DNA from: Escherichia coli O157:H7 | GTDB lineage: Bacteria > Pseudomonadota > Gammaproteobacteria > Enterobacterales > Enterobacteriaceae | Assembly: GCF_013167455.1 (NCBI RefSeq) | Contig: NZ_CP038330.1 | Direction: 5' to 3' (one strand) | DNA: 64,000 nucleotides | Shown: piece by piece, positions 39,401-47,459 of the stretch | Layout of the letters: every line of letters starts with the position of its first letter | Numbering within the stretch: position 1 is the stretch's first letter | Program-made: the position numbers and the translations under genes | The notes under the pieces: generated by a model | Told to the model about the DNA's origin: nothing | The model's database searches: none | Seen by the model: the letters and a program-made list of their open reading frames with translations, nothing else

Positions 39401-40674
39401 ATGACGCGGTTGGCCGCATCACCTCTGCTGAGGGGATCTATGGCGTTTTGGGCTATGGCTATGACGCCACCGGCAACAGGACCTCGATCACGACCGATGG
39501 CCTGAGCCAAAGCTACACCATCAACTACATGAACAACTGGTTGGTGAAGGCCGGGCAAACCTCCAGAAGCTATGACGCCAATGGCAACCTGACGAAGCAG
39601 GGGGCGGATACCTTCACCTATGACAGCCAGAACCGGCTGGTGGCCGCAACGGTCGCGGGAGTGACTGTAAGCTACACATACAACCATCTGGATCAGCGTG
39701 TAACCAAGACCCTAAACGGGCATACCCGGCTGCTGGTTTACGACCTGGCAGGAAACCTCATCGAGGAGCTGGACGCGGCCACTGGAGACGTGCTGGCGGA
39801 GTACATCTGGCTCGATGGGACACCCTTGGGCTTTGTTCAGTCAGGACAGACCTACCAAGTCCACGTCGATCACCTGGGCACCCCGAAGGCACTGACCGAC
39901 GTCAGCGGCCAAGTCGTTTGGAAGGCGAGCTACAGCCCGTTCGGTAAGGCCAGCATCATCATCCAGGGGCCAACCTTCAACCTGCGATTCCCAGGACAGT
40001 ATTACGACGCGGAGACCGGGTTCCACTACAACTGGCGGCGTTACTACGACCCAGCGACCGGGCGGTACATTACCAGCGACCCTCTTGGCCTGATCGATGG
40101 AGTAAACACCTACGGGTATGTGCATGGAAACCCTATGTCCAATACCGACCCGACGGGTGAATTTGCGTTTGTTGGTGCAGGTATTGGAGCTGGGTTGGAG
40201 CTACTTAGCCAACTAATCGAAAATAATGGGAGTTGGAAATGTGTTAGTTGGTCAAAAGTTGGAATCGCCGGAGCGATTGGGGCTATAGGTGGCGGCTGGG
40301 CGTCAGGAGTTTTCAGACATGCCAGCTCCGGTAAATCGTGGTTCAAATTAAGCCAAAAATGGAGCAATGTCTCACCCAGAGTAAGGAAAGTTCAAGGGGT
40401 TCCACGAGGTAATGAGCTTCACCATTGGGCTATTCAGAGAAATGGCAAGTTTGGCAAATATGTTCCTGACTCAATAAAAAACCATCCTTGGAACTTGAAG
40501 TCCATTCCAAGAGATATTCACCAAAACATTCACGGCAATGGACCTACCCCATATAGCGCATTTGGTCGTTGGTGGCACGGGACGCCTGAATGGGCAAAAG
40601 TAGCTCAAGCCTCTCCTGTTAGTGGTGGTTTAGCTGATTCAATAAATGATGAGGGATGCGGTTGTGCAAATTGA
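36421..40674 (+). CDS. rhs: Rhs/YD-repeat polymorphic toxin with Sec signal peptide and C-terminal HNH-like (LHH-type) nuclease domain
   Basis: 1417 aa; signal peptide MRSRPSLLLMRNLRSLAVVVLATLPCVAFA; many YD repeats; Rhs core end DPLGLIDGVNTYGYVHGNPMSNTDPTGE; C-terminal ~170 aa with glycine-zipper segment and ELHHW...HPWN...HQNIHG. Confidence 0.9.
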   Translation: MRSRPSLLLMRNLRSLAVVVLATLPCVAFAQWRVVAVSTEVDKMRFNTIIDAHSFMKNYRSGEEQGKGTPVGDALYPVASYGDGRYVSRICFKYLGATGDYDPTTCTGDPATVYWRSTYVLPGEMDKTPFLDRDLGLPTTTMCVGNPIHLGTGNKFQAELDYQSGGSDPFTFTRYYNSHLPDEELGGWRHTYSRSVEVNASKYGENMVVLHRPEGQQLAFYNSSSVWVPTWKTDDTLTKDATGWRYTQSDGVVEAYDETGRLTGIEKPNGNHITLSYLNGELSSITDGFGRTIQFQYQDGRMVSVTDPAGGSIQYQYNSAGKLAEVIYQDNTSRSYLYDDPNAPGLLSGLVDENGNRFATWGYDTQGRAVLSEHAGGAEKTQVSYNADGSVSVTNALGHVQRYTYSRHNGMLKPDVVEGAPCTGFVGGKETYVYDSKGLVSSITDRAGQKRTFTHNDRGLETTQIDQDGGKVTTDWLPSKSLPAKITEPTRITELTYDTHLRVISRKVTDRSSGASRTWTYTYAPVGTGKPSLLASVDGPRTDVSDVTTFDYDDQGNLIRTTNALGQVTQFGDYDANGRAGTIQGVNGVTQTLTYDARGRLVSSTGPEGTTVYNYDAVGLLSSLTKPNGATVSYEYDAAHRLVAETDAQGNRRELELNDLGNPVEERLLDALGQTRWIERRIFNEIGWLSSVSDAYSNQSSFSYDVVANLIQETSPSGNTHSYKYDGFHHRTQTTDPLGKVTQVLYKDTGDVYRVSDPRSRLTYYSYNGFGEVTQVRSPDTGTTDITYDEAGNVATRKTAKGQTTSYSYDALNRIIETSSDVAGESPILYGYDEATSPYGIGRLTSVDDGNGVRRFGYTPEGWLAYETWETHGQSLTTQYQYDGAGLVTKITYPSGREVSYTRDSAGDVIEVTTTQAGTTTNLASQIERAPFGPVTSMVRGNGISESRTLDLDYRVTGIDAARVHSLVYRYTPDSLISAIDDNLSSSVNQSLGYDAVGRITSAEGIYGVLGYGYDATGNRTSITTDGLSQSYTINYMNNWLVKAGQTSRSYDANGNLTKQGADTFTYDSQNRLVAATVAGVTVSYTYNHLDQRVTKTLNGHTRLLVYDLAGNLIEELDAATGDVLAEYIWLDGTPLGFVQSGQTYQVHVDHLGTPKALTDVSGQVVWKASYSPFGKASIIIQGPTFNLRFPGQYYDAETGFHYNWRRYYDPATGRYITSDPLGLIDGVNTYGYVHGNPMSNTDPTGEFAFVGAGIGAGLELLSQLIENNGSWKCVSWSKVGIAGAIGAIGGGWASGVFRHASSGKSWFKLSQKWSNVSPRVRKVQGVPRGNELHHWAIQRNGKFGKYVPDSIKNHPWNLKSIPRDIHQNIHGNGPTPYSAFGRWWHGTPEWAKVAQASPVSGGLADSINDEGCGCAN

Positions 40675-41086
40675 ATTTCCAGCGCTGCTTGTGAGCAGCA
40701 AGAAAAGGTCGCTCTTCGTAGTGGCATCAGAATCCGAGTTCGGGAAATGTACTATTCAGTCTTTGAGGAACGGTTATTTTGAGCTGATGGACATTTATGA
40801 TTCGGAAGGTCGTCACTACAAAATAGACGAGGTTGCGAGCTACAAGCCGCTAAGTCCATTCTGGTACTGGCCTGTAGAAATTGTGATGTATGGTTCTCGA
40901 CTGTTTAAGGCTAATTTCAATGCTGTTCTTATCTCTAATCTGGATTGCAAGGAGTTAAAATCTGAACTTTGTGATTTGGCTAAAAAGTACAGAAGTAATT
41001 TGGATTCCGGCGTCGGAATTGAAAAGATTATGGAGGAAATGGAGTCTGCCAGAACAATTAAAGAATTGATAAAGGTTTTTGGCTAG
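40646..41086 (+). CDS. putative cognate immunity protein for the Rhs C-terminal toxin (start uncertain)
   Basis: ORF overlapping the rhs stop, typical toxin-immunity arrangement; no known domain recognised. Confidence 0.5.
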   Translation: MMRDAVVQIEFPALLVSSKKRSLFVVASESEFGKCTIQSLRNGYFELMDIYDSEGRHYKIDEVASYKPLSPFWYWPVEIVMYGSRLFKANFNAVLISNLDCKELKSELCDLAKKYRSNLDSGVGIEKIMEEMESARTIKELIKVFG

Positions 41087-41238
41087 TTATTCATTGAATA
41101 CGCTGGTGTTAGTCTAGCTAACCGACGCCAGCGGCCAAGTGTTTGGAAGGCGAGCCATCATAGAGTCAGTAGAGAGAGATACTTTTGGAAATCAATAGTA
41201 TTATGATTGGTACAAATGAGTTGTAGCTCCATATTTTA

Positions 41239-41709
41239 AAGGGGGATTTCAGAGAAATGAAGAATAAGAAGGTAATAACTTTGATAATGGCCGCAGCCGC
41301 ATCATGCTCGTCAGTCTACGCCGCGACATTACCGACCAGTGAGGTAGACGCATACATACTTGCGATGAACACCATGTCACCTATCACTGCAAAGTACACC
41401 ATCTAGTACAAGCAAGCGGTTGAGCAGAAATGCAATACAGCCCTGAGCGTTGAGCAGCTCAACTCAAAGGCATTCACCAATGTTGTCCAGGCAATGGTGA
41501 GTAGTGAGACCGTCGATAGAATGGGGCTTGATGCTGCTGGTGGATCACTCCAGGATACCCTGTCTGTGATCGGCAAGAACGTCACATGCAGTGACCTGAA
41601 CGCGCCATTTAAAGCACTCTTGGATGATAAGGACTTCACCAGAAAGCATCAGCACCTATCGAAGGTGCTGCATACTTGGAATGAAGTTGTTTCTCAAAGC
41701 AAACCCTGA
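41239..41709 (+). pseudogene. signal-peptide protein gene interrupted by an in-frame TAG
   Basis: Frame opens at 41239 (MKNKKVITLIMAAAASCSSVYA...), has TAG at 41401-41403, and continues in the same frame as track ORF 41494..41709. Confidence 0.35.
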
Positions 41710-41713
41710 GTAA

Positions 41714-41742
41714 CAAAAAGGAGCCTAACTGGCTCCTTTTTT
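41714..41742. terminator. bidirectional rho-independent terminator
   Basis: AAAAAGGAGCCTAACTGGCTCCTTTTTT between convergent genes. Confidence 0.65.
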
Positions 41743-42387
41743 AATGGGGATGATGTTACGTTCGTGGACGTTATTTTCACTCGGGATATGTAACGTTGAA
41801 AAAGGCGTACCGACAAGAGAGTGGTCACATAGCTCTCCATAATAGATGAGCGACAAAATCTCTTGCTCGTTGATTTTTCCCACCTTAAAAAGGTAATTGA
41901 TTATTGCTGTATCCAGTAGGTCGTGACACCCATTAAGCAGATCCACGATATTGGCCGCAGCTTCATTTTCCTCTCCGTCATCTCGACCGGCTAATACTGA
42001 TTCAACCCAAGCCTCAAGGCTCGGATGTCCCTCAGCGAGCTCTATTTGACGGCACTCGTTCTCGATCAACCCTGTGATTGCTTCGTTGAGCGTTCCGCCA
42101 TAAGTCGGCATGTTGAGAACAACTCCAAATCCGGGGATTTCTTTTTGGATTGGCTTCGCATCCTTGGGAGCTGATTTCAGCCACAGGAAAAACCAGATCC
42201 CAGAGCTTATGTCTTCCGGCTTGACCTGGTTGGCCGCAAGGAATTTGGAAACCTCGTTACAGATGATGCCATCTGGCGCTGCCATCTCGTAAATACCCGC
42301 CATCAGATCTTCAAGGCTCTTATACATATTATCTCTCGCACCTGTACATGATGTTTTCACTATCGTTGTTAAGCGTTTTTTCAGCAA
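41725..42387 (-). CDS. hypothetical protein (start may be internal Met at 42327)
   Basis: 220-aa ORF; no motif recognised. Confidence 0.45.
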   Translation of the reverse strand: MLKKRLTTIVKTSCTGARDNMYKSLEDLMAGIYEMAAPDGIICNEVSKFLAANQVKPEDISSGIWFFLWLKSAPKDAKPIQKEIPGFGVVLNMPTYGGTLNEAITGLIENECRQIELAEGHPSLEAWVESVLAGRDDGEENEAAANIVDLLNGCHDLLDTAIINYLFKVGKINEQEILSLIYYGELCDHSLVGTPFSTLHIPSENNVHERNIIPIKKGAS

Positions 42388-42433
42388 GTATGTTCCAGCG
42401 AGACATCTTATACCATTCCATCTAAATCTGTAA

Positions 42434-42485
42434 AATTACCGTATTACCGTATTACCGTATTACCGTAATTATGATAATTACGGTA
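42434..42485. repeat. 4x ATTACCGT tandem repeat plus 15-bp palindrome TAATTATGATAATTA
   Basis: In the divergent intergenic region; the same palindrome recurs at 47386-47400. Confidence 0.6.
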
Positions 42486-42601
42486 AATAAATTTAAGTTC
42501 TTCTTGCTGTTGTTCTACTTATTAAAATGTATCTTTGAAAAAGTAGAGTTTTTGGAATAGGATAGGTGGTGCTGAATGCCCACTTTTTACAAGGAGCGCG
42601 A

Positions 42602-42886
42602 CCAGTGATTTTTGATGTAAGAGCGACCTTTGAAGTGGCACTCCAGACGGACACCCACCTGGTACTTATCGATCTGGATCAGGGAGCATCAGTTACGAAC
42701 GATGCTGATGCAGTGATCGCCTGGTTGGCCGCAAACCTCGAAGGTGGAATTGGAAAACGTAAGGTGTACTACCGGGACACCGATGGACGCTTTGATGAGC
42801 TCAAGGTTAATGCCGGTGCTTTTGCCGGATTTGCACCTTGTAGCGAAGGCCAGCAGACCACCTTGGCTGGGATGCTCGGCCAGTAA
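42602..42886 (+). CDS. hypothetical protein
   Basis: GTG at 42602 with AAGGAG 8 bp upstream (track start 42566); first gene of a six-gene same-strand cluster. Confidence 0.4.
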   Translation, partial: PVIFDVRATFEVALQTDTHLVLIDLDQGASVTNDADAVIAWLAANLEGGIGKRKVYYRDTDGRFDELKVNAGAFAGFAPCSEGQQTTLAGMLGQ

Positions 42887-42904
42887 CTTTGTGTGGAGAA
42901 CTCG

Positions 42905-43192
42905 ATGTTAAACAAAAACAAATTTGAGAAAGTTTTAAAGAGAATCCTCGATAAGAACTTTGAGCGCTGCTCTATTTGCAGGAAACCATTCCCTGGACCG
43001 TGCCATACTTTTGCTGGTTTGGATTCGGACAATAAAGTTCAGAACGTAGGTTCTTGCTGTCGGACCAGTATTGTGGACTTGCGGCATGGAGGTGTGTATA
43101 CGACCGCTCCTGTAGATACTCAAGAGGGGCAAAGTCAGGCGCGTGAGCTACTCGCAACACATCCTTGTAAGGGGATGATGGGACATGCTTAG
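42905..43192 (+). CDS. hypothetical Cys-rich protein
   Basis: ATG at 42905 with GGAG RBS; CSICRKPF...GSCCRTS. Confidence 0.4.
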   Translation: MLNKNKFEKVLKRILDKNFERCSICRKPFPGPCHTFAGLDSDNKVQNVGSCCRTSIVDLRHGGVYTTAPVDTQEGQSQARELLATHPCKGMMGHA

Positions 43193-43721
43193 CAAAAAAG
43201 TCTTTTTCATTAGTCAAGCGGAGGCCGAAAGACTGGAGCCGGTTCCCGGTGCGGCCATGATCTCCATAACTGACCCAGACAAGTCCCCTGCCGCTCTCGG
43301 ACAGTGGGGGCAGTTGTACCGCGATAGCTTCTATGACGGCGGCTATTCTGAGAACACCATCCACACGATGAAGGCAGCGTTCCGGATGAATTACGCCTCT
43401 TACATTGACTCATCCCAGGCTGAAAAGCTGTCCACCTTCCTGGATGGATTGGTTGGTAGCGGTATCGATCAGATCTTCGTTCATTGCTATTACGGAGAAT
43501 CCAGAAGTGGCGCGGTAGCGCTGTACCTCCAGAACAAACATGGATTCACTCCGAATAAGCCGATCACCAAGCCCAACCGAACAGTTTACGAATTGCTGTG
43601 CAATCCAACCAAGTTTGAACCACTGATGCAAAGCTACGAAACGCAACATATGGAGGAGGAACTACCTCTTCACCTCAAAATATGGGATTTTCTTCTCGTT
43701 GCGGTCGGGCTTAGGAGGTAA
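43185..43721 (+). CDS. protein-tyrosine / dual-specificity phosphatase-like protein
   Basis: CX5R signature VHCYYGESRSG; stop overlaps the RBS of the integrase gene. Confidence 0.5.
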   Translation: MLSKKVFFISQAEAERLEPVPGAAMISITDPDKSPAALGQWGQLYRDSFYDGGYSENTIHTMKAAFRMNYASYIDSSQAEKLSTFLDGLVGSGIDQIFVHCYYGESRSGAVALYLQNKHGFTPNKPITKPNRTVYELLCNPTKFEPLMQSYETQHMEEELPLHLKIWDFLLVAVGLRR

Positions 43722-43723
43722 CT

Positions 43724-44734
43724 TTGCACGACACAAACAATGACAAGGAAGAGCTAGTTTCACATGCGAAAGTAAATGTTCCGGCAGAACAAAGCATTCG
43801 CGGTGAACTGTTGCCGTCATCGAGCTCGCTCCGGAACATCCAGGACAACCCCGCCGTCGCCTATCTGGTGAGCCTCGGGTCAAAGCGAAGCAGGCAGACC
43901 ATGAGCTCATTCCTCAACATTGTCGCCAAGATGATCGGGTTTCAGAACCTTCGTGACTGTGCATGGAGCTCAATGAGGCGGCACCACATATTGGCGGTGC
44001 TGGAAATGCTGGGGGATGCAGGGAAGGCTCCGGCAACGATCAACACCTACCTGTCAGCGCTCAAAGGGGTGGCTCTTGAAGCCTGGACGATGAAGCAAAT
44101 TGATACGGATAGCTTCCAGCACATTAAGCAAGTCCGTTCAGTACGTGGATCTCGACTTCCTAAAGGGCGGGCACTTGAACGCCATGAGATTCGCAGCCTC
44201 TTTTTCACATGTGAAAGTGATTCAAGCGCCAAAGGGCTTCGGGATGCGGCCATTCTCGGGGTGCTCCTCGGGTGTGGCTTGCGCCGCTCGGAAATCGTTG
44301 CGCTGGACATGGGAAGCATGATCTACAAGGACCGCGCTCTCAAGGTTCTTGGCAAGGGCAACAAAGAGAGAATGGCGTATGTGCCTGGTGGCGCATGGAA
44401 AAGACTGGATAAGTGGGTTGAAGAGGTTCGAGGAACGCATGAAGGGCCTTTATTCCCGAGGATCAGGCGGTTTGATGATGTGACTGGAGAGCGGATGTCG
44501 GATCAGGCCATCTACCACATCTTGGAGACCAGAAGAGTTGAAGCCGGTCTGGAGATGTTTGCGCCCCATGACCTGCGACGCACCTTTGCCTCCTCGATGC
44601 TGGATAACGGTGAGGATATTGTGACCGTGAAGGACGCAATGGGCCACTCAAGCATTGCAACTACCCAGAAATATGACAGACGCGGCGATGAGCGTTTGAA
44701 GAGAGCGAGCCAACGCCTCGATATAGCGGATTAA
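43724..44734 (+). CDS. int: tyrosine site-specific recombinase (phage-integrase family)
   Basis: TTG start with AGGAGG RBS; C-terminal catalytic region HDLRRTFASSML...GHSSIATTQKY; contains a copy of the palindrome TTTCACATGTGAAAG at 44203-44217. Confidence 0.8.
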   Translation: MHDTNNDKEELVSHAKVNVPAEQSIRGELLPSSSSLRNIQDNPAVAYLVSLGSKRSRQTMSSFLNIVAKMIGFQNLRDCAWSSMRRHHILAVLEMLGDAGKAPATINTYLSALKGVALEAWTMKQIDTDSFQHIKQVRSVRGSRLPKGRALERHEIRSLFFTCESDSSAKGLRDAAILGVLLGCGLRRSEIVALDMGSMIYKDRALKVLGKGNKERMAYVPGGAWKRLDKWVEEVRGTHEGPLFPRIRRFDDVTGERMSDQAIYHILETRRVEAGLEMFAPHDLRRTFASSMLDNGEDIVTVKDAMGHSSIATTQKYDRRGDERLKRASQRLDIAD

Positions 44735-44738
44735 CAGC

Positions 44739-45608
44739 ATGAATGATGAAGAACTCGAACTTGCCAGAGCCGAAGCCATGAAAGCCGATAGGTGCTTTTC
44801 AAAAGGACGGCTCAGGGACGAATTTAGGATGAAGCCTAAGCCAGGAGTAGAGCCAGTTTCGTTCTACAAAAACGGGTATGGTGGCCAATTTGGAGTGTAC
44901 CGGATAGCAGATTGCCAACCAATGCGGAGAAGGGGTTGTTCACCGGCATCACAAAAGCAAATAAGGGCGCAATCCATCCTTTCGGTCAAGGCAAGAATGC
45001 GTAGCAACCTGGCAAAGGCCTCTGTCATGGCACAAAGGTGGGTCGCTCTGGAACCTCTGGTTCTCGATACCGAGACGACCGGACTTGGTGAAAGAGACCA
45101 GGTGATCGAGCTGGCTGTTACTGACATCAGAGGCGCGGTTCTCCTCTGCACCAGATTACGGCCAACCGTGGAAATAGACCCTCAGGCAATGGGTGTTCAT
45201 GGCATCACCGAGACTGAGCTGTCGAATGAGCCTACGTGGACTCAAGTTGCGCCAGCTCTCGCCCGGCTTTTGTCGGGCCGTCATCTGGTGATATTTAACT
45301 CCAGTTTCGACAGTAGGATGTTGAGGCAAACAGCCAGTGCATTTGGAGACCAACTCTCTTGGTGGCAAGAGCAGAACTGTCTGTGCGCGATGAAGCTGGC
45401 GGCTGATGCCTTTGGCTCAACCAACCGGCACGGCACAATCTCACTTGCGGATGCCACCTGCGAGGCAGGTGTGAGCTGGAAAGGTCGAGCCCATTCAGCA
45501 GCGACCGACGCTATTGCCACCGCCGACTTGGTGACAGAGATAGCCAAAGTCCAACGTGACCTCGTGGTCCAGCTCCAGGAGCTTCAAAGCAAAGGTAATT
45601 TGGAATGA
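44739..45608 (+). CDS. DEDDh 3'-5' exonuclease (DnaQ-like) with N-terminal extension
   Basis: Exo I motif VLDTETTGL, HLVIFNSSFD, Exo III HSAATDAIATADL. Confidence 0.75.
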   Translation: MNDEELELARAEAMKADRCFSKGRLRDEFRMKPKPGVEPVSFYKNGYGGQFGVYRIADCQPMRRRGCSPASQKQIRAQSILSVKARMRSNLAKASVMAQRWVALEPLVLDTETTGLGERDQVIELAVTDIRGAVLLCTRLRPTVEIDPQAMGVHGITETELSNEPTWTQVAPALARLLSGRHLVIFNSSFDSRMLRQTASAFGDQLSWWQEQNCLCAMKLAADAFGSTNRHGTISLADATCEAGVSWKGRAHSAATDAIATADLVTEIAKVQRDLVVQLQELQSKGNLE

Positions 45609-46096
45609 CAGAACAATCCTACGGCGAAAGTCTCAAATTTTTCTCAGACTGGCAGAAGGACCCCGCGAAACGCACCGGCCTGAATGTGCAACACACGCTA
45701 ACCAGAGGTGAATATCCTACGGTCAGCATCGAGATTGCGCCGATCAGGGCATCGGGGTCCAGCCCAGACTGGAAAAGCAAGATCACGGTGCAGCTCACTC
45801 GCGGCGAACTGACGGCGTTTTGCAGCGTTCTCTTTGGTTTGCGTAGCAAGGCTGAGGGTTCCTATCACGGCGACGCGAAGAATAAGAGCTTTGCGGTTTA
45901 CAACAACGGCAAGGCCGGTGTTGCGATCATCCTTAGTGAGCGAGGAAACCAGCTCCAGAATTTCATCAATGATGACGACCGAATGGAGCTCGCAGTCTTC
46001 GCAGTTCGCCAGCTTTCCAACGCATGGAAAGTTACCCCTTCTGATGCCATCGCGCTGCTACGCCAATCAGCGTGGATGGACCGAAATTTGTCCTAA
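45605..46096 (+). CDS. hypothetical protein (163 aa)
   Basis: Start overlaps the exonuclease stop (ATGA). Confidence 0.45.
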   Translation: MTEQSYGESLKFFSDWQKDPAKRTGLNVQHTLTRGEYPTVSIEIAPIRASGSSPDWKSKITVQLTRGELTAFCSVLFGLRSKAEGSYHGDAKNKSFAVYNNGKAGVAIILSERGNQLQNFINDDDRMELAVFAVRQLSNAWKVTPSDAIALLRQSAWMDRNLS

Positions 46097-46199
46097 TCGA
46101 GCAAATCTAGGCACTCTAAAAGTCGTCCTATAACCACAAAGTTAGACCATCATGCAAAGTGGGGTATAGAGGGTGCCAGCCCCACCCCAGCAGTCCCCC

Positions 46200-46292
46200 T
46201 CAGCCACATTTCTGGCTTGCCCCGCGCTTTTCTTCTTTCTCTCTTTTTCTCTCTTTTTCTCTCTCTTTCTCAATCTAATCTCACACACGAAG
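46200..46292. repeat. polypyrimidine CT-rich tract with TCTCTTTTTC repeats
   Basis: Strand-asymmetric low-complexity tract in an intergenic region. Confidence 0.5.
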
Positions 46293-46422
46293 GTCAAACA
46301 GGGCACCCGCCGACGCGAAGCGGAGGCGTATTCTTGCCCCTCCCCCTCGTTGCATGATGGTCTAAATCTGTCTACTATGTAACCAATGAACTGTTAGAAC
46401 AAACCCACACATAGGCGGCAGC

Positions 46423-47298
46423 ATGGCTAAAAACTTCATATCAGAACAATTCTCGGCCATGTGCCGCGACTTAACGAACCTGTCCTCTCTTATCAAACGA
46501 CTACCGCCACGGTACGCAAAAGTTGCGGCCATCCCTCCTACCGGAAAAGGAATGGAGAACGAGCCCGTCAACAAGATTGTCGTAACTGAACAAACTGGGC
46601 GCGAAGCTCTTGAGCTGGCAGCGCACAGCTACAGAGATCTTCACATCAACCCAGACTATTCGCAGAAGTCTGCCAGGCGCACCGTGGGGGTACTCTGGTT
46701 CTCCCCTTCCAGGATTGGTGTAGCTGACGAAATTGCGGCGACGGTTGAACGCATCAACGCGGCCAAAGCTGGTATCGAGGAGTTCATTATCTCGACGTAC
46801 CCCACCAGGCAAGAGAGGTTTGAAGCACTTCGAGCGGACTGCCCTGGTGTCATGACTCTCCACCTTTACAGACAAATTCGGTGCTATACCAATGGCGACA
46901 TCGACTCTATCCGCTTCACCTGGCAACGGAAGGACTCCTTGAAGAAGCCCGTAAAAGAGGAGCTTTTGCAACGCATCAGAGAGGAGCTGGAGCGATCTGG
47001 GCCAGACTATCAACTTCCCCTGGAGCAGCTTATCCAGAAGATCGCCAGCACCCCGGAGCCTTATCTCCGGGAGCGAAGGGAAGTAAAGGTTCAACCGGTG
47101 GCAAACGTCATGGCCGCAGGGGTACTCAAAACCGTTACCGCGCCAATGCCCCTGATCGTGCTCCAGGATAAGGATGTTCAGCTCAAATTGCTTCGTAACT
47201 TTGACGCCTCAGAACAACGCAAAACTCGATCTGATAAAGCGGCATCGGAAATCCTTGGCACCTTCGGTGGAGTCACTATCGAATCCTTCCCTGGATGA
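46423..47298 (+). CDS. hypothetical protein (291 aa)
   Basis: ORF with AGGCGG RBS; no motif recognised. Confidence 0.5.
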   Translation: MAKNFISEQFSAMCRDLTNLSSLIKRLPPRYAKVAAIPPTGKGMENEPVNKIVVTEQTGREALELAAHSYRDLHINPDYSQKSARRTVGVLWFSPSRIGVADEIAATVERINAAKAGIEEFIISTYPTRQERFEALRADCPGVMTLHLYRQIRCYTNGDIDSIRFTWQRKDSLKKPVKEELLQRIREELERSGPDYQLPLEQLIQKIASTPEPYLRERREVKVQPVANVMAAGVLKTVTAPMPLIVLQDKDVQLKLLRNFDASEQRKTRSDKAASEILGTFGGVTIESFPG

Positions 47299-47385
47299 AT
47301 CAGCGTGACCGCGTAACAAGGCTTTTCCGCAGCCGGAAGGGCTTTGTCCCACACAAACAATTCCAATCGACAGCAGCATGATATA

Positions 47386-47432
47386 TAATTATGATAATTA
47401 CCGTATTATCGTAATTATCGTAATTATCGTAA
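47386..47432. repeat. palindrome TAATTATGATAATTA followed by TCGTAATTA tandem repeats; probable kfrA operator
   Basis: Same 15-bp palindrome as at 42466; ~30-75 bp upstream of the kfrA start. Confidence 0.55.
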
Positions 47433-47459
47433 ACATTACAAATTAAAAGGAACGTTCTC

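Noticed and set aside
36829-40367. Several minus-strand ORFs inside rhs
   Set aside because: Contained within the continuous 1417-aa Rhs frame, whose YD repeats and core motif are unambiguous.
42434-42465. Possible CRISPR or minisatellite (ATTACCGT x4)
   Set aside because: Unit is only 8 bp with no spacers; fits an operator-associated tandem repeat.
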